Part shown: positions 16,126 through 26,653 of the stretch, in pieces
Numbering within the stretch: position 1 is the stretch's first letter
Layout: every line of letters starts with the position of its first letter
Notes under the pieces: model-generated
Told to the model about the DNA's origin: nothing
The model's input: the letters and a program-made list of their open reading frames with translations, nothing else
Database searches by the model: none
Assembly: GCA_046597175.1 (NCBI GenBank)
Contig: JBKJKY010000003.1
Location: 1-55,267 of the forward strand
DNA: 55,267 bases
DNA from: Parcubacteria group bacterium
GTDB lineage: Bacteria; Patescibacteriota; Minisyncoccia; Phycocordibacterales; Zambryskibacteraceae
Direction: 5' to 3'
Position numbers and translations under genes: made by a program

Positions 16126-18150
16126 ATGAATCCTGAAAAAGTAACTTATTTTGCGGAAACTGATTCTCGTAATAAACGAGTGGGTTTTGGTATCAAAGCA
16201 AAAGACCGTACACGCCATGTGTATGTCATTGGAAAGACGGGAATGGGTAAATCTACCATTCTTGAAAATATGGCTGTGCAGGATATTCAAAACGGTGAGG
16301 GAATGGCCTTTGTTGACCCACACGGAAAGAGTGCTGACCTCCTTCTCGAGTATGTACCGCAAGAGCGCATTAAGGATGTTATTTATTTTGCGCCATTTGA
16401 TACCGACTATCCGATCTCATTTAATGTGATGGAAGATGTGGGAACAGATAAGCGACACTTGGTGGCCAACGGTCTCATGTCTGCGTTTAAAAAGATTTGG
16501 GTAGATGCGTGGAGTGCTCGTATGGAATATATTCTGAACAACATCCTCCTCGCGCTTCTTGAGTTTCCTGATTCAACACTGGTTGGAGTAAACCGTATGC
16601 TTTCTGATAAAGCATACCGAAAGCTTGTTGTAGCAAATATCTCTGACCCTTCTGTAAAAGCGTTTTGGGTTGATGAATTTGAAAAATATGGAGAACGCTA
16701 TATGCAAGAGGCTGGTGCTGCGATTCAAAACAAAATTGGTCAATTCGTATCAAACCCACTTGTGCGCAATATTATTGGTCAACCAAAATCAAACTTCGAT
16801 CTTCGCGAAGTAATGGATGAACGAAAGATTGTTATTGTGAACCTTTCAAAGGGAAGAGTGGGAGAACAAAATGCCAACCTACTTGGGAGTATGCTTATTA
16901 CCAAGATCTATCTCTCCGCCATGTCTCGCGCAGATGCTTCAGAAAGTGCCCTCAAAAATCTCCCGAACTTTTACCTCTATGTGGATGAATTTCAATCTTT
17001 TGCAAACGAATCATTTGCCGACATTCTTTCTGAGGCACGAAAATATAAATTAAATCTTACCATTGCTCACCAATATATTGAGCAGATGTCGGAAGAGGTG
17101 CGAGCAGCGGTGTTTGGAAACGTTGGAACGATGATTACGTTCCGCGTGGGTGCGTATGATGCAGAAGTGCTCGAGAAAGAGTTTATGCCCGTCTTTACTG
17201 CAGAGGATTTGGTGAACCTTGGATCATTCCAGATTTATCTCAAGCTCATGATCGACGGGGTGTCCTCCGCTCCATTTTCTGCTGCGACCCAAGCTCCAAT
17301 TCCAAAACCACCAATTTCCTTTAAGCATGATGTTATTGAACTTTCTCGAGAAGCATATGCAACTCCGCGCAAAGATGTTGAAGAGGCTATTAAGAAATGG
17401 CACGAGGATGGAACAAAAAAAGAGGAGGTAAAACCACGGGAGTTTAAACCTACCGAAGGGCAAAGCGCCTCGCCAGACCGAGGACCGAGACAATCAGCAC
17501 CTGCAAAGCCTGAGTACGGGAAAGGACAGACATTTACACCCCGCTCTGAAACTGACCGCAGATCTTCTGAACCGATACCTGCTTCATTTGTCAAAAAAAA
17601 CCCACACTTTACTCCACGATCAGAATCTGACCGAAGAGCTTTTGGGTCAGTGCAAGAGCAATTTGAAAAAAGGGAGTATCCTTCTGATGAGAAGAAACAA
17701 AAAAAAGAAATCTTTGAGTCTATTATGGCTGAAGAAAAGAGAAAGGATGAAATTCAGACTACTCCGAAGGCTCTCACCCTTGAGCAATTAAAGCCCGATG
17801 CAAAAAAGAATGACAAAAACGCAACACCCCAGCATGTTTCAGAGCTTCGAAGGGCACTTGAGGCGCTCACGGTTCCCAAAAAGAGTGATGCTCCTGAAGC
17901 TACTGCCCAACCAAAACCTACACCAAACGCTCCAGTGCAAAAGAGGGAAGAAGCTTCAAAGTCTGCACCTACCTCTAAGCAAGAGCAAGTGAATCAACCT
18001 ACAAGAGAGAATCCACAAAGGAATCAGGAAGTCCCGCGGGCAAGTGGACAGCCGGTAAAACAAAATACCCAACCCGAAGAGAAGCCAGAGAAAAAGCTCA
18101 ACGAAATTCCAGAAGCAGAACTCCGTGATTTCCTCAAAGTCGAACTCTAG
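16126..18150 (+). CDS. TraD/VirD4-like (type IV coupling protein-like) P-loop ATPase with a long disordered C-terminal tail
   Basis: Walker A VIGKTGMGKST; Walker B region FYLYVDEFQSF; LSEARKYKLNLTIAHQYIEQM (TraG/TraD C-terminal-type). No N-terminal TM. The last ~270 aa are K/E/P/Q-rich low complexity. ATG at 16126 is preferred over the track's TTG at 16114. Confidence 0.8.
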   Translation: MNPEKVTYFAETDSRNKRVGFGIKAKDRTRHVYVIGKTGMGKSTILENMAVQDIQNGEGMAFVDPHGKSADLLLEYVPQERIKDVIYFAPFDTDYPISFNVMEDVGTDKRHLVANGLMSAFKKIWVDAWSARMEYILNNILLALLEFPDSTLVGVNRMLSDKAYRKLVVANISDPSVKAFWVDEFEKYGERYMQEAGAAIQNKIGQFVSNPLVRNIIGQPKSNFDLREVMDERKIVIVNLSKGRVGEQNANLLGSMLITKIYLSAMSRADASESALKNLPNFYLYVDEFQSFANESFADILSEARKYKLNLTIAHQYIEQMSEEVRAAVFGNVGTMITFRVGAYDAEVLEKEFMPVFTAEDLVNLGSFQIYLKLMIDGVSSAPFSAATQAPIPKPPISFKHDVIELSREAYATPRKDVEEAIKKWHEDGTKKEEVKPREFKPTEGQSASPDRGPRQSAPAKPEYGKGQTFTPRSETDRRSSEPIPASFVKKNPHFTPRSESDRRAFGSVQEQFEKREYPSDEKKQKKEIFESIMAEEKRKDEIQTTPKALTLEQLKPDAKKNDKNATPQHVSELRRALEALTVPKKSDAPEATAQPKPTPNAPVQKREEASKSAPTSKQEQVNQPTRENPQRNQEVPRASGQPVKQNTQPEEKPEKKLNEIPEAELRDFLKVEL

Positions 18151-18194
18151 AGAAGAGAGATAATCTGTGATAAAATCTCGCTCTCATAAATTGT

Positions 18195-19337
18195 ATGAAA
18201 AAAATACTGATATTTTCAACCGCCTACATTCCATTTATTGGAGGTGCAGAAATTGCTGTGAAAGAAATCACCGACAGACTCGCTGGTAATTTTGAGTTCC
18301 ACATGATTACACTTAATCTTGATGGTACACAAAAAGGAGAAGAGCAGGTGGGGGCTGTCAAAGTTCATAGAGTTCTTGGACAAGGAAAATTTTCAAAACT
18401 CCTCTTTCCCTTTGTTGCATATCAAAAAGCAGTCAATCTCCACAGAAAAGAGACTTTTGATATGACCTGGAGTATTATGGCTTCGTTTGGTGGATTCGCA
18501 GCGCGGTTTTTCAAAAAGAAATTTCCGAGTGTCCCATTTGTACTCACGCTCCAAGAAGGAGATCCGATTCCAGAAATCGAACACAAGGTTCGTTTTGTAA
18601 AAAAATGGTTTCTGGAGATATTCACCCTTGCTGACAAAGTCCAAGTGATATCAAAGTATCTCGGTGAGTGGGCTAAGGGGATGGGAACTCAAAAACCAAT
18701 CATCCTTGTTCCAAATGGTGTTGATACTCTGTTGTTTGATAATGACAAAAATCCAATCTCTCCTGATCTAAGGAAAGAGTTCTGGAGTCAAAAAGGAGTA
18801 CCGAGTGACGCAACAATCCTCATTACCACTTCAAGGTTGGTGCATAAAAATGCAGTTGATGTAGTCATTCAATCGCTCCCGTCGTTATCGAATACTCATT
18901 TCGTAATACTTGGTGAAGGAGCGAAACTCACTTCGCTTAAAGCACTCGCGGTGGATCTTGGAGTAGATACTCGAGTTCATTTTGAAGGGTTAATTCCGAG
19001 TACTGATATTGTCCAATATCTCCATCACTCAGATATTTTTATCAGACCTTCAAGGTCTGAAGGGATGGGGAATTCATTTGTAGAGGCGATGGTTGCTGAG
19101 CTTGCGGTCATCGCTACTCCTGTTGGAGGAATTGTCGACTTCCTCATCGATAGCAAGACGGGGCTTTTTTGTGCTGTGGATGATCCCCAGAGCATTGCTA
19201 AATGTGTGGAAAGATATATGAACAACCGAGAGGAAAGAAGCACCATTATCCAGAATGCAAAAAAGATGGCACTTGAAAAGTATGATTGGAATTTAATTGC
19301 AGAGAGTATGAAAGAAAAGGTGTTTTCTGATTTGTAA
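18195..19337 (+). CDS. glycosyltransferase family 4
   Basis: 380 aa. PSRSEGMGNSFVEAMVAELAVIATPVGGIVDFLIDSKTGLF. Confidence 0.85.
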   Translation: MKKILIFSTAYIPFIGGAEIAVKEITDRLAGNFEFHMITLNLDGTQKGEEQVGAVKVHRVLGQGKFSKLLFPFVAYQKAVNLHRKETFDMTWSIMASFGGFAARFFKKKFPSVPFVLTLQEGDPIPEIEHKVRFVKKWFLEIFTLADKVQVISKYLGEWAKGMGTQKPIILVPNGVDTLLFDNDKNPISPDLRKEFWSQKGVPSDATILITTSRLVHKNAVDVVIQSLPSLSNTHFVILGEGAKLTSLKALAVDLGVDTRVHFEGLIPSTDIVQYLHHSDIFIRPSRSEGMGNSFVEAMVAELAVIATPVGGIVDFLIDSKTGLFCAVDDPQSIAKCVERYMNNREERSTIIQNAKKMALEKYDWNLIAESMKEKVFSDL

Positions 19338-19338
19338 T

Positions 19339-20748
19339 ATGAAAGGGAAAAAAGTATTACTTGTAGGACTTGGAATTTTAGGCGGTGGTGTTGCAACCGC
19401 ACGCTTTCTTTTGAAAAAGGGAGCTAAGCTTAGAGTTACCGATAAAAGGGATAGAGAGATCTTAAATTCATCTATTGCAAAACTCCCGAAAGAAATTATC
19501 TATACGATTGGCAGTCACAAGAAAGAAGATTTCAAATGGGCAGATATTGTTGTTGCGAACCCTGCAGTTCCACGTTTTGGTGAATGGATTGTATATGCAG
19601 AGAAATTAGGCAAAATTGTGTACAACGATCTTACACTCTTTCTTACTTTTTTCGCACAGGAAAAGAGAGAGTATATCGCAGTTACCGGAACTCGAGGCAA
19701 AACAACAAGCAGTTTATGGATCAATTATTTTCTTACGGACTCAGTGCTTGGTGGTAACATTCCAGAAAAAGCACTTCTGAAAATTCTGGGAAAACGGGGA
19801 GATCCATTTGTACTTGAAACTTCCTCATTTCAGCTCGAATACATGACTAAAGGACTGCTTCCTCCCACAGTTGCGCTTATTACGAACCTCTATCAAGACC
19901 ACCTGAATCGTCATGGAAGTATGGAGGAGTATGCGAGAGTGAAAGCAAATATCTTTCTGAATCAAACAGAAAAAGACTTCTTAATAGTAAATAACGATAA
20001 TGAGTCGACTGAAACATTCCTTAGTTTAAACCCAAAGTCTGCAGTGTACCGTGTTTCCACAAAGAAACTTCGGGGTAAGCAAAATGGACTATATGTATTC
20101 GATCGCGCAATCTTTTTTCAGGAAAACGGCCAAACGGTAAAGGTGGCGAAAACTCCATATAATACTGATTTTGAAAATCACAATCTACTCGGAGCAATGC
20201 TCGCAAGCTTTCTCTATCTGCGTGGAAGAGATCAAAAAAACAATTCAGGTATTTGGAAACATCTTGCGGGAAAAATATCAAAGCTGCCACAAGCTCATAT
20301 GAGGAGGGAAGTGATTCTCAAAAAGAAAAATCTTGTGGTAGTCAATGATAGTGCAGGCACAAGTCCGGAAGCTACCATTGCACTTCTCGATTCGTACCGC
20401 GCTGTTCCAAAAAAAGAACTCTATGTAATTACAGGGGGTACTGATAAGCAACTTGATTTTAAGCAGTGGGCAAATGTGGTAGCGGATTCTGTGTTACCCA
20501 CTAATCTCTATTTTGTATCGGGAAGCGCAACAGAAAAAATGAAGGATGAGTTGCAAAAAAGAACACACAAAGGTAAGCAGTCTTGGAATGAATTTTCAAA
20601 TTTACAAAGCGTGCTCGAAGCTATTTCACAGGCGTCCGGCGCAAAAACAATCCTCTTCTCTCCGAGCAGTGCGAGCTTTGAAAAGTATAAGAACGAGTTT
20701 GACCGAGGGAGAGTGTTTGAGAGGCAGATCTCAAAATACTTCAAATAA
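19339..20748 (+). CDS. murD: UDP-N-acetylmuramoylalanine--D-glutamate ligase
   Basis: 469 aa. N-terminal Rossmann-like VGLGILGGGVATARFLLKKGAKLRVTD and the Mur-ligase P-loop IAVTGTRGKTTSS. The MurD call rests on the N-terminal domain type. Confidence 0.8.
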   Translation: MKGKKVLLVGLGILGGGVATARFLLKKGAKLRVTDKRDREILNSSIAKLPKEIIYTIGSHKKEDFKWADIVVANPAVPRFGEWIVYAEKLGKIVYNDLTLFLTFFAQEKREYIAVTGTRGKTTSSLWINYFLTDSVLGGNIPEKALLKILGKRGDPFVLETSSFQLEYMTKGLLPPTVALITNLYQDHLNRHGSMEEYARVKANIFLNQTEKDFLIVNNDNESTETFLSLNPKSAVYRVSTKKLRGKQNGLYVFDRAIFFQENGQTVKVAKTPYNTDFENHNLLGAMLASFLYLRGRDQKNNSGIWKHLAGKISKLPQAHMRREVILKKKNLVVVNDSAGTSPEATIALLDSYRAVPKKELYVITGGTDKQLDFKQWANVVADSVLPTNLYFVSGSATEKMKDELQKRTHKGKQSWNEFSNLQSVLEAISQASGAKTILFSPSSASFEKYKNEFDRGRVFERQISKYFK

Positions 20749-20803
20749 GGTGCATAGGGGTAATAATTCGATTTAGCCCACATTCTCAGGTATTATAAGG
20801 GGC

Positions 20804-21955
20804 ATGAATAGGAGTCCTCAAAGTGGGAAAACACCCAAAATACTCATCGCTACAGGCATTTTTCCGCCCCAGGAGGGTGGTCCAGCTACCTATAGTGCTC
20901 TCCTACTATCGAAGCTCCCAGAACTCGGTTTTGAGGTTGGTGTGGTCAATTTTGGGGACGTACTCAAATTTCCAAAAATCATCCGACATGTAGTGTATAC
21001 TGCCCGACTCATACAAGCGGGTATTGGTGTCGAGCTTATCTATGCCCAAGATCCGGTATCTGTTGGGCTGCCCGCTCTCATTGTGGCAAAGCTCCTTCGG
21101 AAGAAACTCGTGGTAAAAATTGTTGGCGATTATGCATGGGAGCAGGGAGTTCAAAGAAGTGGAGTAACGGATTTGCTCGATGAATTTTCAATGAAAAATT
21201 CGTACGGTATGTTTGTGAGAATATTAAAAGCGGTAGAATTACGCGTTGCGCGTGGCGCCAGCACGATCATTGTTCCCAGTAATTATCTTAAAAAAATTGT
21301 TTCGAATTGGGGAGTTGATGGAGAAAAAATTACCGTAATTTATAATGCATTCGACGTGCCAGAAATTACCGAGTCAAAAGCAGAGCTTCGAGTAAATTTT
21401 GGATATCGAACACCAATAATCGTAAGTGCAGGCAGGCTTGTTCCATGGAAGGGATTTCGAACACTCATTCGAATTATGCCTGAGATTATCAAATTAGTTC
21501 CTGATGCAAAACTTCTTATTGTGGGGAGTGGGCCAGATGAAAGTCTGATCAGAAAAGATATTACCGATAACAACTTAGAAAATTCTGTGAGCCTGCTTGG
21601 AAAACTTTCCCATAATGATTTGCTCAAAGTAATGAAGGCGTCGGACGTGTTTGCACTCAATACTTCCTATGAAGGGTTTTCACATCTCATATTAGAGGCA
21701 CTCGCGGTCGAAACTCCGATTGTCACAACAAGAGTGGGGGGGAATGTTGAGATTGTTGAGGACTCAAAAAACGGTCACTTAGTTTTGTATAATAATGAAG
21801 AAGAACTTGTGAAGGCAATCAGTCACTTACTACTCCAGAAAGGAGATGCGTATGTATATGGGAAAGAAGGAGCGCGGAGTGTGTCCGCCTTTACCACAGA
21901 GCGGATGCTTATCGAATTAACAGCTGTATTACACAGAGAACTATGCGCGTCATAA
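20804..21955 (+). CDS. glycosyltransferase family 4
   Basis: 383 aa. TSYEGFSHLILEALAVETPIVTTRVGGNVEIVEDSKNGHLV. Confidence 0.85.
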   Translation: MNRSPQSGKTPKILIATGIFPPQEGGPATYSALLLSKLPELGFEVGVVNFGDVLKFPKIIRHVVYTARLIQAGIGVELIYAQDPVSVGLPALIVAKLLRKKLVVKIVGDYAWEQGVQRSGVTDLLDEFSMKNSYGMFVRILKAVELRVARGASTIIVPSNYLKKIVSNWGVDGEKITVIYNAFDVPEITESKAELRVNFGYRTPIIVSAGRLVPWKGFRTLIRIMPEIIKLVPDAKLLIVGSGPDESLIRKDITDNNLENSVSLLGKLSHNDLLKVMKASDVFALNTSYEGFSHLILEALAVETPIVTTRVGGNVEIVEDSKNGHLVLYNNEEELVKAISHLLLQKGDAYVYGKEGARSVSAFTTERMLIELTAVLHRELCAS

Positions 21956-23085
21956 TGCTCTCGACTGATCGAAATGTGTTTACTCCAGATTCGCAAATGG
22001 CGAATCGAATGATTTCGTATGGCGAAAGTTTTGGAGAGCTCCATGTGATCGTGTTCTCACTGGCATCGCTGGGGTATGTGCCAGTCGAGCTTTCACCGAA
22101 GGTATTTGTATATCCAACCACTTCGAGTAATAAGCTCATGTATATTTGGGATACTCTCAAAATTGCTGGGCAAATTTCTCGTATGCTCTATTTCGGTCAA
22201 ACGGTTATTAGTACTCAAGATCCATTTGAAAAAGGAATTGTAGGATTACTCCTAAAGTGGAAAACAAAGTTTCCGCTTCAAATGCAAATTCATACGGATT
22301 TGTTTGCAAAGAACTTTTACGATGGTCAATTGCTCAACTGGCTTCGTTTCCAAATAGCACGCTACACTCTTAAAAGAGCGAATGGTATTCGTGTGGTACG
22401 AGAAAAAATTAAAAACGATTTGGTGAAAAACCTTTTTATCAAACCGAGCAAAATCGTCGTACTCCCCATTTTTGTGGATATCGAAGCGATTCGACAAAAG
22501 CCTACCGTGCGGAGTTTGAAAGAATTGTACCCAGAATTTTCGTATACCATTCTCATGGTATCGAGACTGACCGAAGAGAAGCGAGTTACGCTTGGCATTG
22601 AAATATTTGCAGAGGTTCTCAAAAAGATTCCTGGCATTGGACTTATCATCGTTGGGTCGGGGAGTGACCAGGAGAAACTTCAAAGGAATATTGCAAAGCT
22701 TGGTATCGTGCAGTCTGTTCGATTTGAGGGTTGGCAACCTGAAGTTGCTTCATATTACAAAACAGCGGATGTGTTTTTAAATACATCTGACTTCGAAGGG
22801 TATGGACTCACTCTCGTTGAATCTGCAAGTATCGGCTGTCCGATTGTCACTTCACACGTTGGTATTGCCCAAGATATTCTAAAGAATGGTGCTAGCGTTC
22901 TTACGTGTGAAAACGAGTCAGTTGAATGCTTCGTAAACAATATCATTCGACTTCTCACCACACCGGAACTGCGGAAGGAAATTGCTGATAATGCATTTGT
23001 TGCTATGTCAGAAATGGCTACAACCGAAGCAGAATACTTAGAAAAGTATCGCGTATCGCTTGAATCACTCCTTGCGATAAAATAG
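21943..23085 (+). CDS. glycosyltransferase family 4
   Basis: 380 aa. TSDFEGYGLTLVESASIGCPIVTSHVGIAQDIL. A 13-nt overlap with the upstream gene (an alternative ATG at 21955 sits in a TAATG junction). Confidence 0.85.
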   Translation: MRVIMLSTDRNVFTPDSQMANRMISYGESFGELHVIVFSLASLGYVPVELSPKVFVYPTTSSNKLMYIWDTLKIAGQISRMLYFGQTVISTQDPFEKGIVGLLLKWKTKFPLQMQIHTDLFAKNFYDGQLLNWLRFQIARYTLKRANGIRVVREKIKNDLVKNLFIKPSKIVVLPIFVDIEAIRQKPTVRSLKELYPEFSYTILMVSRLTEEKRVTLGIEIFAEVLKKIPGIGLIIVGSGSDQEKLQRNIAKLGIVQSVRFEGWQPEVASYYKTADVFLNTSDFEGYGLTLVESASIGCPIVTSHVGIAQDILKNGASVLTCENESVECFVNNIIRLLTTPELRKEIADNAFVAMSEMATTEAEYLEKYRVSLESLLAIK

Positions 23086-23089
23086 TTAT

Positions 23090-24136
23090 ATGAAACTGCT
23101 CATTATTACCCAAAAGGTCGATAAAAATGATTCCGTTCTTGGTTTTTTTCATCGTTGGATTGAAGAATTTGCAAAGCGTGCCGAAAAGATCACCGTTATC
23201 TGTCTTGAAGAGGGGATTCATGCCCTGCCAGCAAACGTGAAAGTGTATTCGCTCGGCAAAAAAAAAGGGAATTCAAAACTTCACCAGGTAGTCCGTTTTT
23301 ATTCACTCATCATTTCACAAAGAGCGCAGTACGACAGTGTGTTCGTGCATATGAATCAGATTTACGTACTTCTCGGCGGATTGCTGTGGAAGATATGGAG
23401 TAAAAAGACTGCTCTCTGGTATGTACACAGACAAATAAGCTTCTCACTCTGGCTAGCGGAAAAACTGGTGGATGTCATTTTCACCTCATCAAAAGAGAGT
23501 TTCCGAGTACCCAGTAATAAAGTTCAATATGTGGGACATGGAATAGACTCTCAGAATTTTGCGCACGCACATGACTCACGGGATATTATTAAAACCGGCA
23601 TTTTGTATGTGGGAAGAATTACACCGATTAAAAACTTAGAAACGCTCATCGACGCAACGGAGATACTACACGGAAAAATTCCAGAACTTTCCGTCACCTG
23701 CATTGGTGAACCTGTGACGGTTACCGATATAAATTATTTTGAAACATTAAAAAAAACCATACGAGAAAAGAATCTGGGAAGCGTTGTAATGTTTGTCGGT
23801 CGCGTGCAGAACTCTGACATTGCACATGAATATAGCAAAGCGACTCTCTCGGTGAACCTCTCTCCGACAGGGGGGTGGGATAAGTCAGTACTCGAATCAC
23901 TCATGGCCGGGTGCCCCGTATTTGCCTCAAATAAGGCACTTTCTCCTGTATTTGGTGAATATGCAGATACCTTTGTATTTGAACAGGGTAATGCGCAAGA
24001 CCTCGCGAGCAAAATAGAGGTATTTCTCCAAAATAGAGATAAGGATATAATCGTACACACGCTTTCAGAGAATGCGATGAAAAAATATGATTTAAGGAAT
24101 TTGGTTTTGAACATTATTGATCAACTAGAACCGTAA
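23090..24136 (+). CDS. glycosyltransferase (GT-B, GT4-like)
   Basis: 348 aa. PTGGWDKSVLESLMAGCPVFASN. Confidence 0.8.
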   Translation: MKLLIITQKVDKNDSVLGFFHRWIEEFAKRAEKITVICLEEGIHALPANVKVYSLGKKKGNSKLHQVVRFYSLIISQRAQYDSVFVHMNQIYVLLGGLLWKIWSKKTALWYVHRQISFSLWLAEKLVDVIFTSSKESFRVPSNKVQYVGHGIDSQNFAHAHDSRDIIKTGILYVGRITPIKNLETLIDATEILHGKIPELSVTCIGEPVTVTDINYFETLKKTIREKNLGSVVMFVGRVQNSDIAHEYSKATLSVNLSPTGGWDKSVLESLMAGCPVFASNKALSPVFGEYADTFVFEQGNAQDLASKIEVFLQNRDKDIIVHTLSENAMKKYDLRNLVLNIIDQLEP

Positions 24137-24137
24137 T

Positions 24138-25226
24138 ATGAAAAAGGAGGCAATGCATTACAGTGTTTATTTTATTCCTTTTGATATTAAGGGTCCGGTA
24201 TATTTAGAGTTGTTAAAATCAAATATCAATGGTGCCTCGAACGATGGTTCGTCATATCAGGTGCATCGATTCTCTTGGAAACATCTTTTTTTCTCTCCAC
24301 TTACATCTCATGAACATCGAATCGTGCATATCCATTGGGAATCAAACGTGTATGGAAGTAAGTACATCGCCGTATCACTCGTAAAAATACTTCTTAGGTT
24401 TCCAGGTTTCTGGTTACTAAAAAAACTTCGAGGGGTAAAAATTATTTGGACCATGCACAACCTCCATTCGCACGACTATCCGCATCCAAGAATTGATACC
24501 TTTGGCAGATCACTCATGTGGAAACTTGCAGATAAAGTCTTACTTCATGAAAAATCATTTGCACAATTGGAATCTCAAAAAAGAAAAGATGTTGAAGTAG
24601 AATGTATTCCTCCGGGGAATTACATTGGTGCATACGGACCCGTATGGAGTGGTGATAAGTATGCGCTTCGTAGAGAATATGGAATCCCTGATTCTAGTAT
24701 AGTGCTTCTTTCGCTAGGAAGCGTTAGGCCATACAAAGCTCTTCCTGAGCTCATTTCTTGCGTTCAAACTATTACAAAAAAAGGAGTACCCATTTGTCTG
24801 TTCATTGCAGGCCAGGCAAGCGCTCTATATGGAGCAGAAATCAAAGCTTTGGTAGGTGATGATCCATCTATTATTCTCTATTTACAGTATGTTGATGATC
24901 AAGATATTCCAAAGCTCCATGGATTAGCCGACTATTCAGCATTTTATTATGGAGATTCAGCCTTGGGATCTGCCGCGATCTTACTGTCGCTTTCATATGG
25001 TGTGCCAGTCATTTCTCGTGATTTCGCAGTTTCTGAGCTTGTGGTAGAAGGGAAAAATGGCTTCAAGTTTCATGACAATGCTGGTTTAACAAAAATTTTA
25101 GAGAATTTACCGAACGTGCCAGCGGTGGATCGCTCTACCGTCATAGGGACTGTGTCAGATTGGGATTGGAAAAAAATGGGTGAAGCGACCCGACTAGCAT
25201 ATAATAGTCTCTATATTCATGAGTAA
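24138..25226 (+). CDS. glycosyltransferase-like protein (GT-B)
   Basis: 362 aa, sitting in the glycosyltransferase array. C-terminal GSAAILLSLSYGVPVISRDFAVSELVVEGKNGF. The family assignment is less certain. Confidence 0.65.
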   Translation: MKKEAMHYSVYFIPFDIKGPVYLELLKSNINGASNDGSSYQVHRFSWKHLFFSPLTSHEHRIVHIHWESNVYGSKYIAVSLVKILLRFPGFWLLKKLRGVKIIWTMHNLHSHDYPHPRIDTFGRSLMWKLADKVLLHEKSFAQLESQKRKDVEVECIPPGNYIGAYGPVWSGDKYALRREYGIPDSSIVLLSLGSVRPYKALPELISCVQTITKKGVPICLFIAGQASALYGAEIKALVGDDPSIILYLQYVDDQDIPKLHGLADYSAFYYGDSALGSAAILLSLSYGVPVISRDFAVSELVVEGKNGFKFHDNAGLTKILENLPNVPAVDRSTVIGTVSDWDWKKMGEATRLAYNSLYIHE

Positions 25227-25884
25227 ACTGACATTAAAAAAAATAATTCCATTTATAAAAGCCCGGTATGCCCCAAGAGGAGGTAGGGTTACATTTTCTC
25301 AGTATGGAGAAGATCTAATTATGATGGATATTCTTAAGAAACGGGGGTTACCTTTGACCTATGTGGATATTGGTGCTCATCATCCGTATTTTGGTAATAA
25401 TACGTACTTACTGTATAGAAATGGTGGAAAGGGAGTTTTAGTAGAACCAAACAGTGCGCTGTGCAAAGTAATAGAGTCAAAAAGGCCAAAAGATACCTGC
25501 TTAAACGTTGGAGCTGGTAAAGTAGATGGTGAAGCTAATTTTTATGAATTCAAGCAGTCAACTCGGAGTACTTTTTCAAAAGATCAGGCAGATGTATTTA
25601 CAAAAAAAACAGGGCACAAGCCAAAAGTCGAACAAAAGAAAATACTTTCTTTAGATTCGATCATTCATGAATCTTTTGCTGGAGAAGTTCCTTCACTTAT
25701 TTCTATTGATGCGGAAGGTCTCGATATTCAGATTTTGTCGGGATATAGTTTTACTATTAGACCTGCAATCTTTTGCATTGAAACGGAGGAAACAAATGGT
25801 GAAGTAGAAGCCTTGATGCAAAAAGAGGGGTACTCAGTGCAAGCGAAAATCCTCCAAAACACCATTTTTGTTGATATCCGATAA
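25219..25884 (+). CDS. FkbM-family SAM-dependent methyltransferase
   Basis: 221 aa. YVDIGAHHPYFGNNTY ... GGKGVLVEPN ... SLISIDAEG. ATGAGTAA overlap with the upstream gene. Confidence 0.8.
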   Translation: MSKLTLKKIIPFIKARYAPRGGRVTFSQYGEDLIMMDILKKRGLPLTYVDIGAHHPYFGNNTYLLYRNGGKGVLVEPNSALCKVIESKRPKDTCLNVGAGKVDGEANFYEFKQSTRSTFSKDQADVFTKKTGHKPKVEQKKILSLDSIIHESFAGEVPSLISIDAEGLDIQILSGYSFTIRPAIFCIETEETNGEVEALMQKEGYSVQAKILQNTIFVDIR

Positions 25885-25885
25885 T

Positions 25886-26653
25886 ATGAAATTAGTTGCA
25901 ATTCTTCGAATAAAAAATCAGATAGACACGATTGACGAGTGCATTACAAAACTCGCTTCGTTTACTGATGAAATTATTGTGCTCGATAATGGATCAACCG
26001 ACGGCACACTCGAAGCGTATGCTCGCCACAGCAAGATTGTAACTATTCTGAAAACAGAAGGGTTTGATGAGGGAAGAGATAAGATCATGCTACTTGAAGA
26101 GGCGAAACGGAGAAATCCTGATTGGATACTGTGGTGTGACGCAGATGAAGTATTTGAAAATCATTTCACAAGAAGTGTAGTAGAAAAGTACATGCGCTCG
26201 TCATATAACCGCGTCACTTTCCGCATGTGTAATTTCTGGCTCAGTCGCGAGCGATGTAGGTACGATAGTGAGTATTTTCTATACACACTGCACCCCCAAA
26301 GAAGTATGTGGAGAAATATGGAGAGTGCCTATTTCAAGAATCTCGTTATCCATAATGGAGACATCTTAGGTGTCAGGGGAAAAACACTCCTTTCGCCCTA
26401 TCGAATAAAGCACTATGGGTACGTCGATAAAAAGAAGATTGAAGAAAAGCTCGCAATCTATCGAGCAGCTGACAAGAGTGACAAACGTGATTATGATAAG
26501 ACAAGCCCTGACCTTCCCTACAAAACCTTTCGGTTTTACGAATTCAATAATTGCTTGGTCAACTTTGCGTATATTCTGATTTACAAATATACTGCTAATT
26601 CAATTTGGATTACGTTCAGAATCTTTCAGAAGTTAAAGAAGCTATGTTCATGA
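25886..26653 (+). CDS. glycosyltransferase family 2
   Basis: MKLVAILRIKNQ...DEIIVLDNGSTDGT and a DADE motif. ATG at 25886 sits in a TAATATG junction. Confidence 0.85.
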   Translation: MKLVAILRIKNQIDTIDECITKLASFTDEIIVLDNGSTDGTLEAYARHSKIVTILKTEGFDEGRDKIMLLEEAKRRNPDWILWCDADEVFENHFTRSVVEKYMRSSYNRVTFRMCNFWLSRERCRYDSEYFLYTLHPQRSMWRNMESAYFKNLVIHNGDILGVRGKTLLSPYRIKHYGYVDKKKIEEKLAIYRAADKSDKRDYDKTSPDLPYKTFRFYEFNNCLVNFAYILIYKYTANSIWITFRIFQKLKKLCS

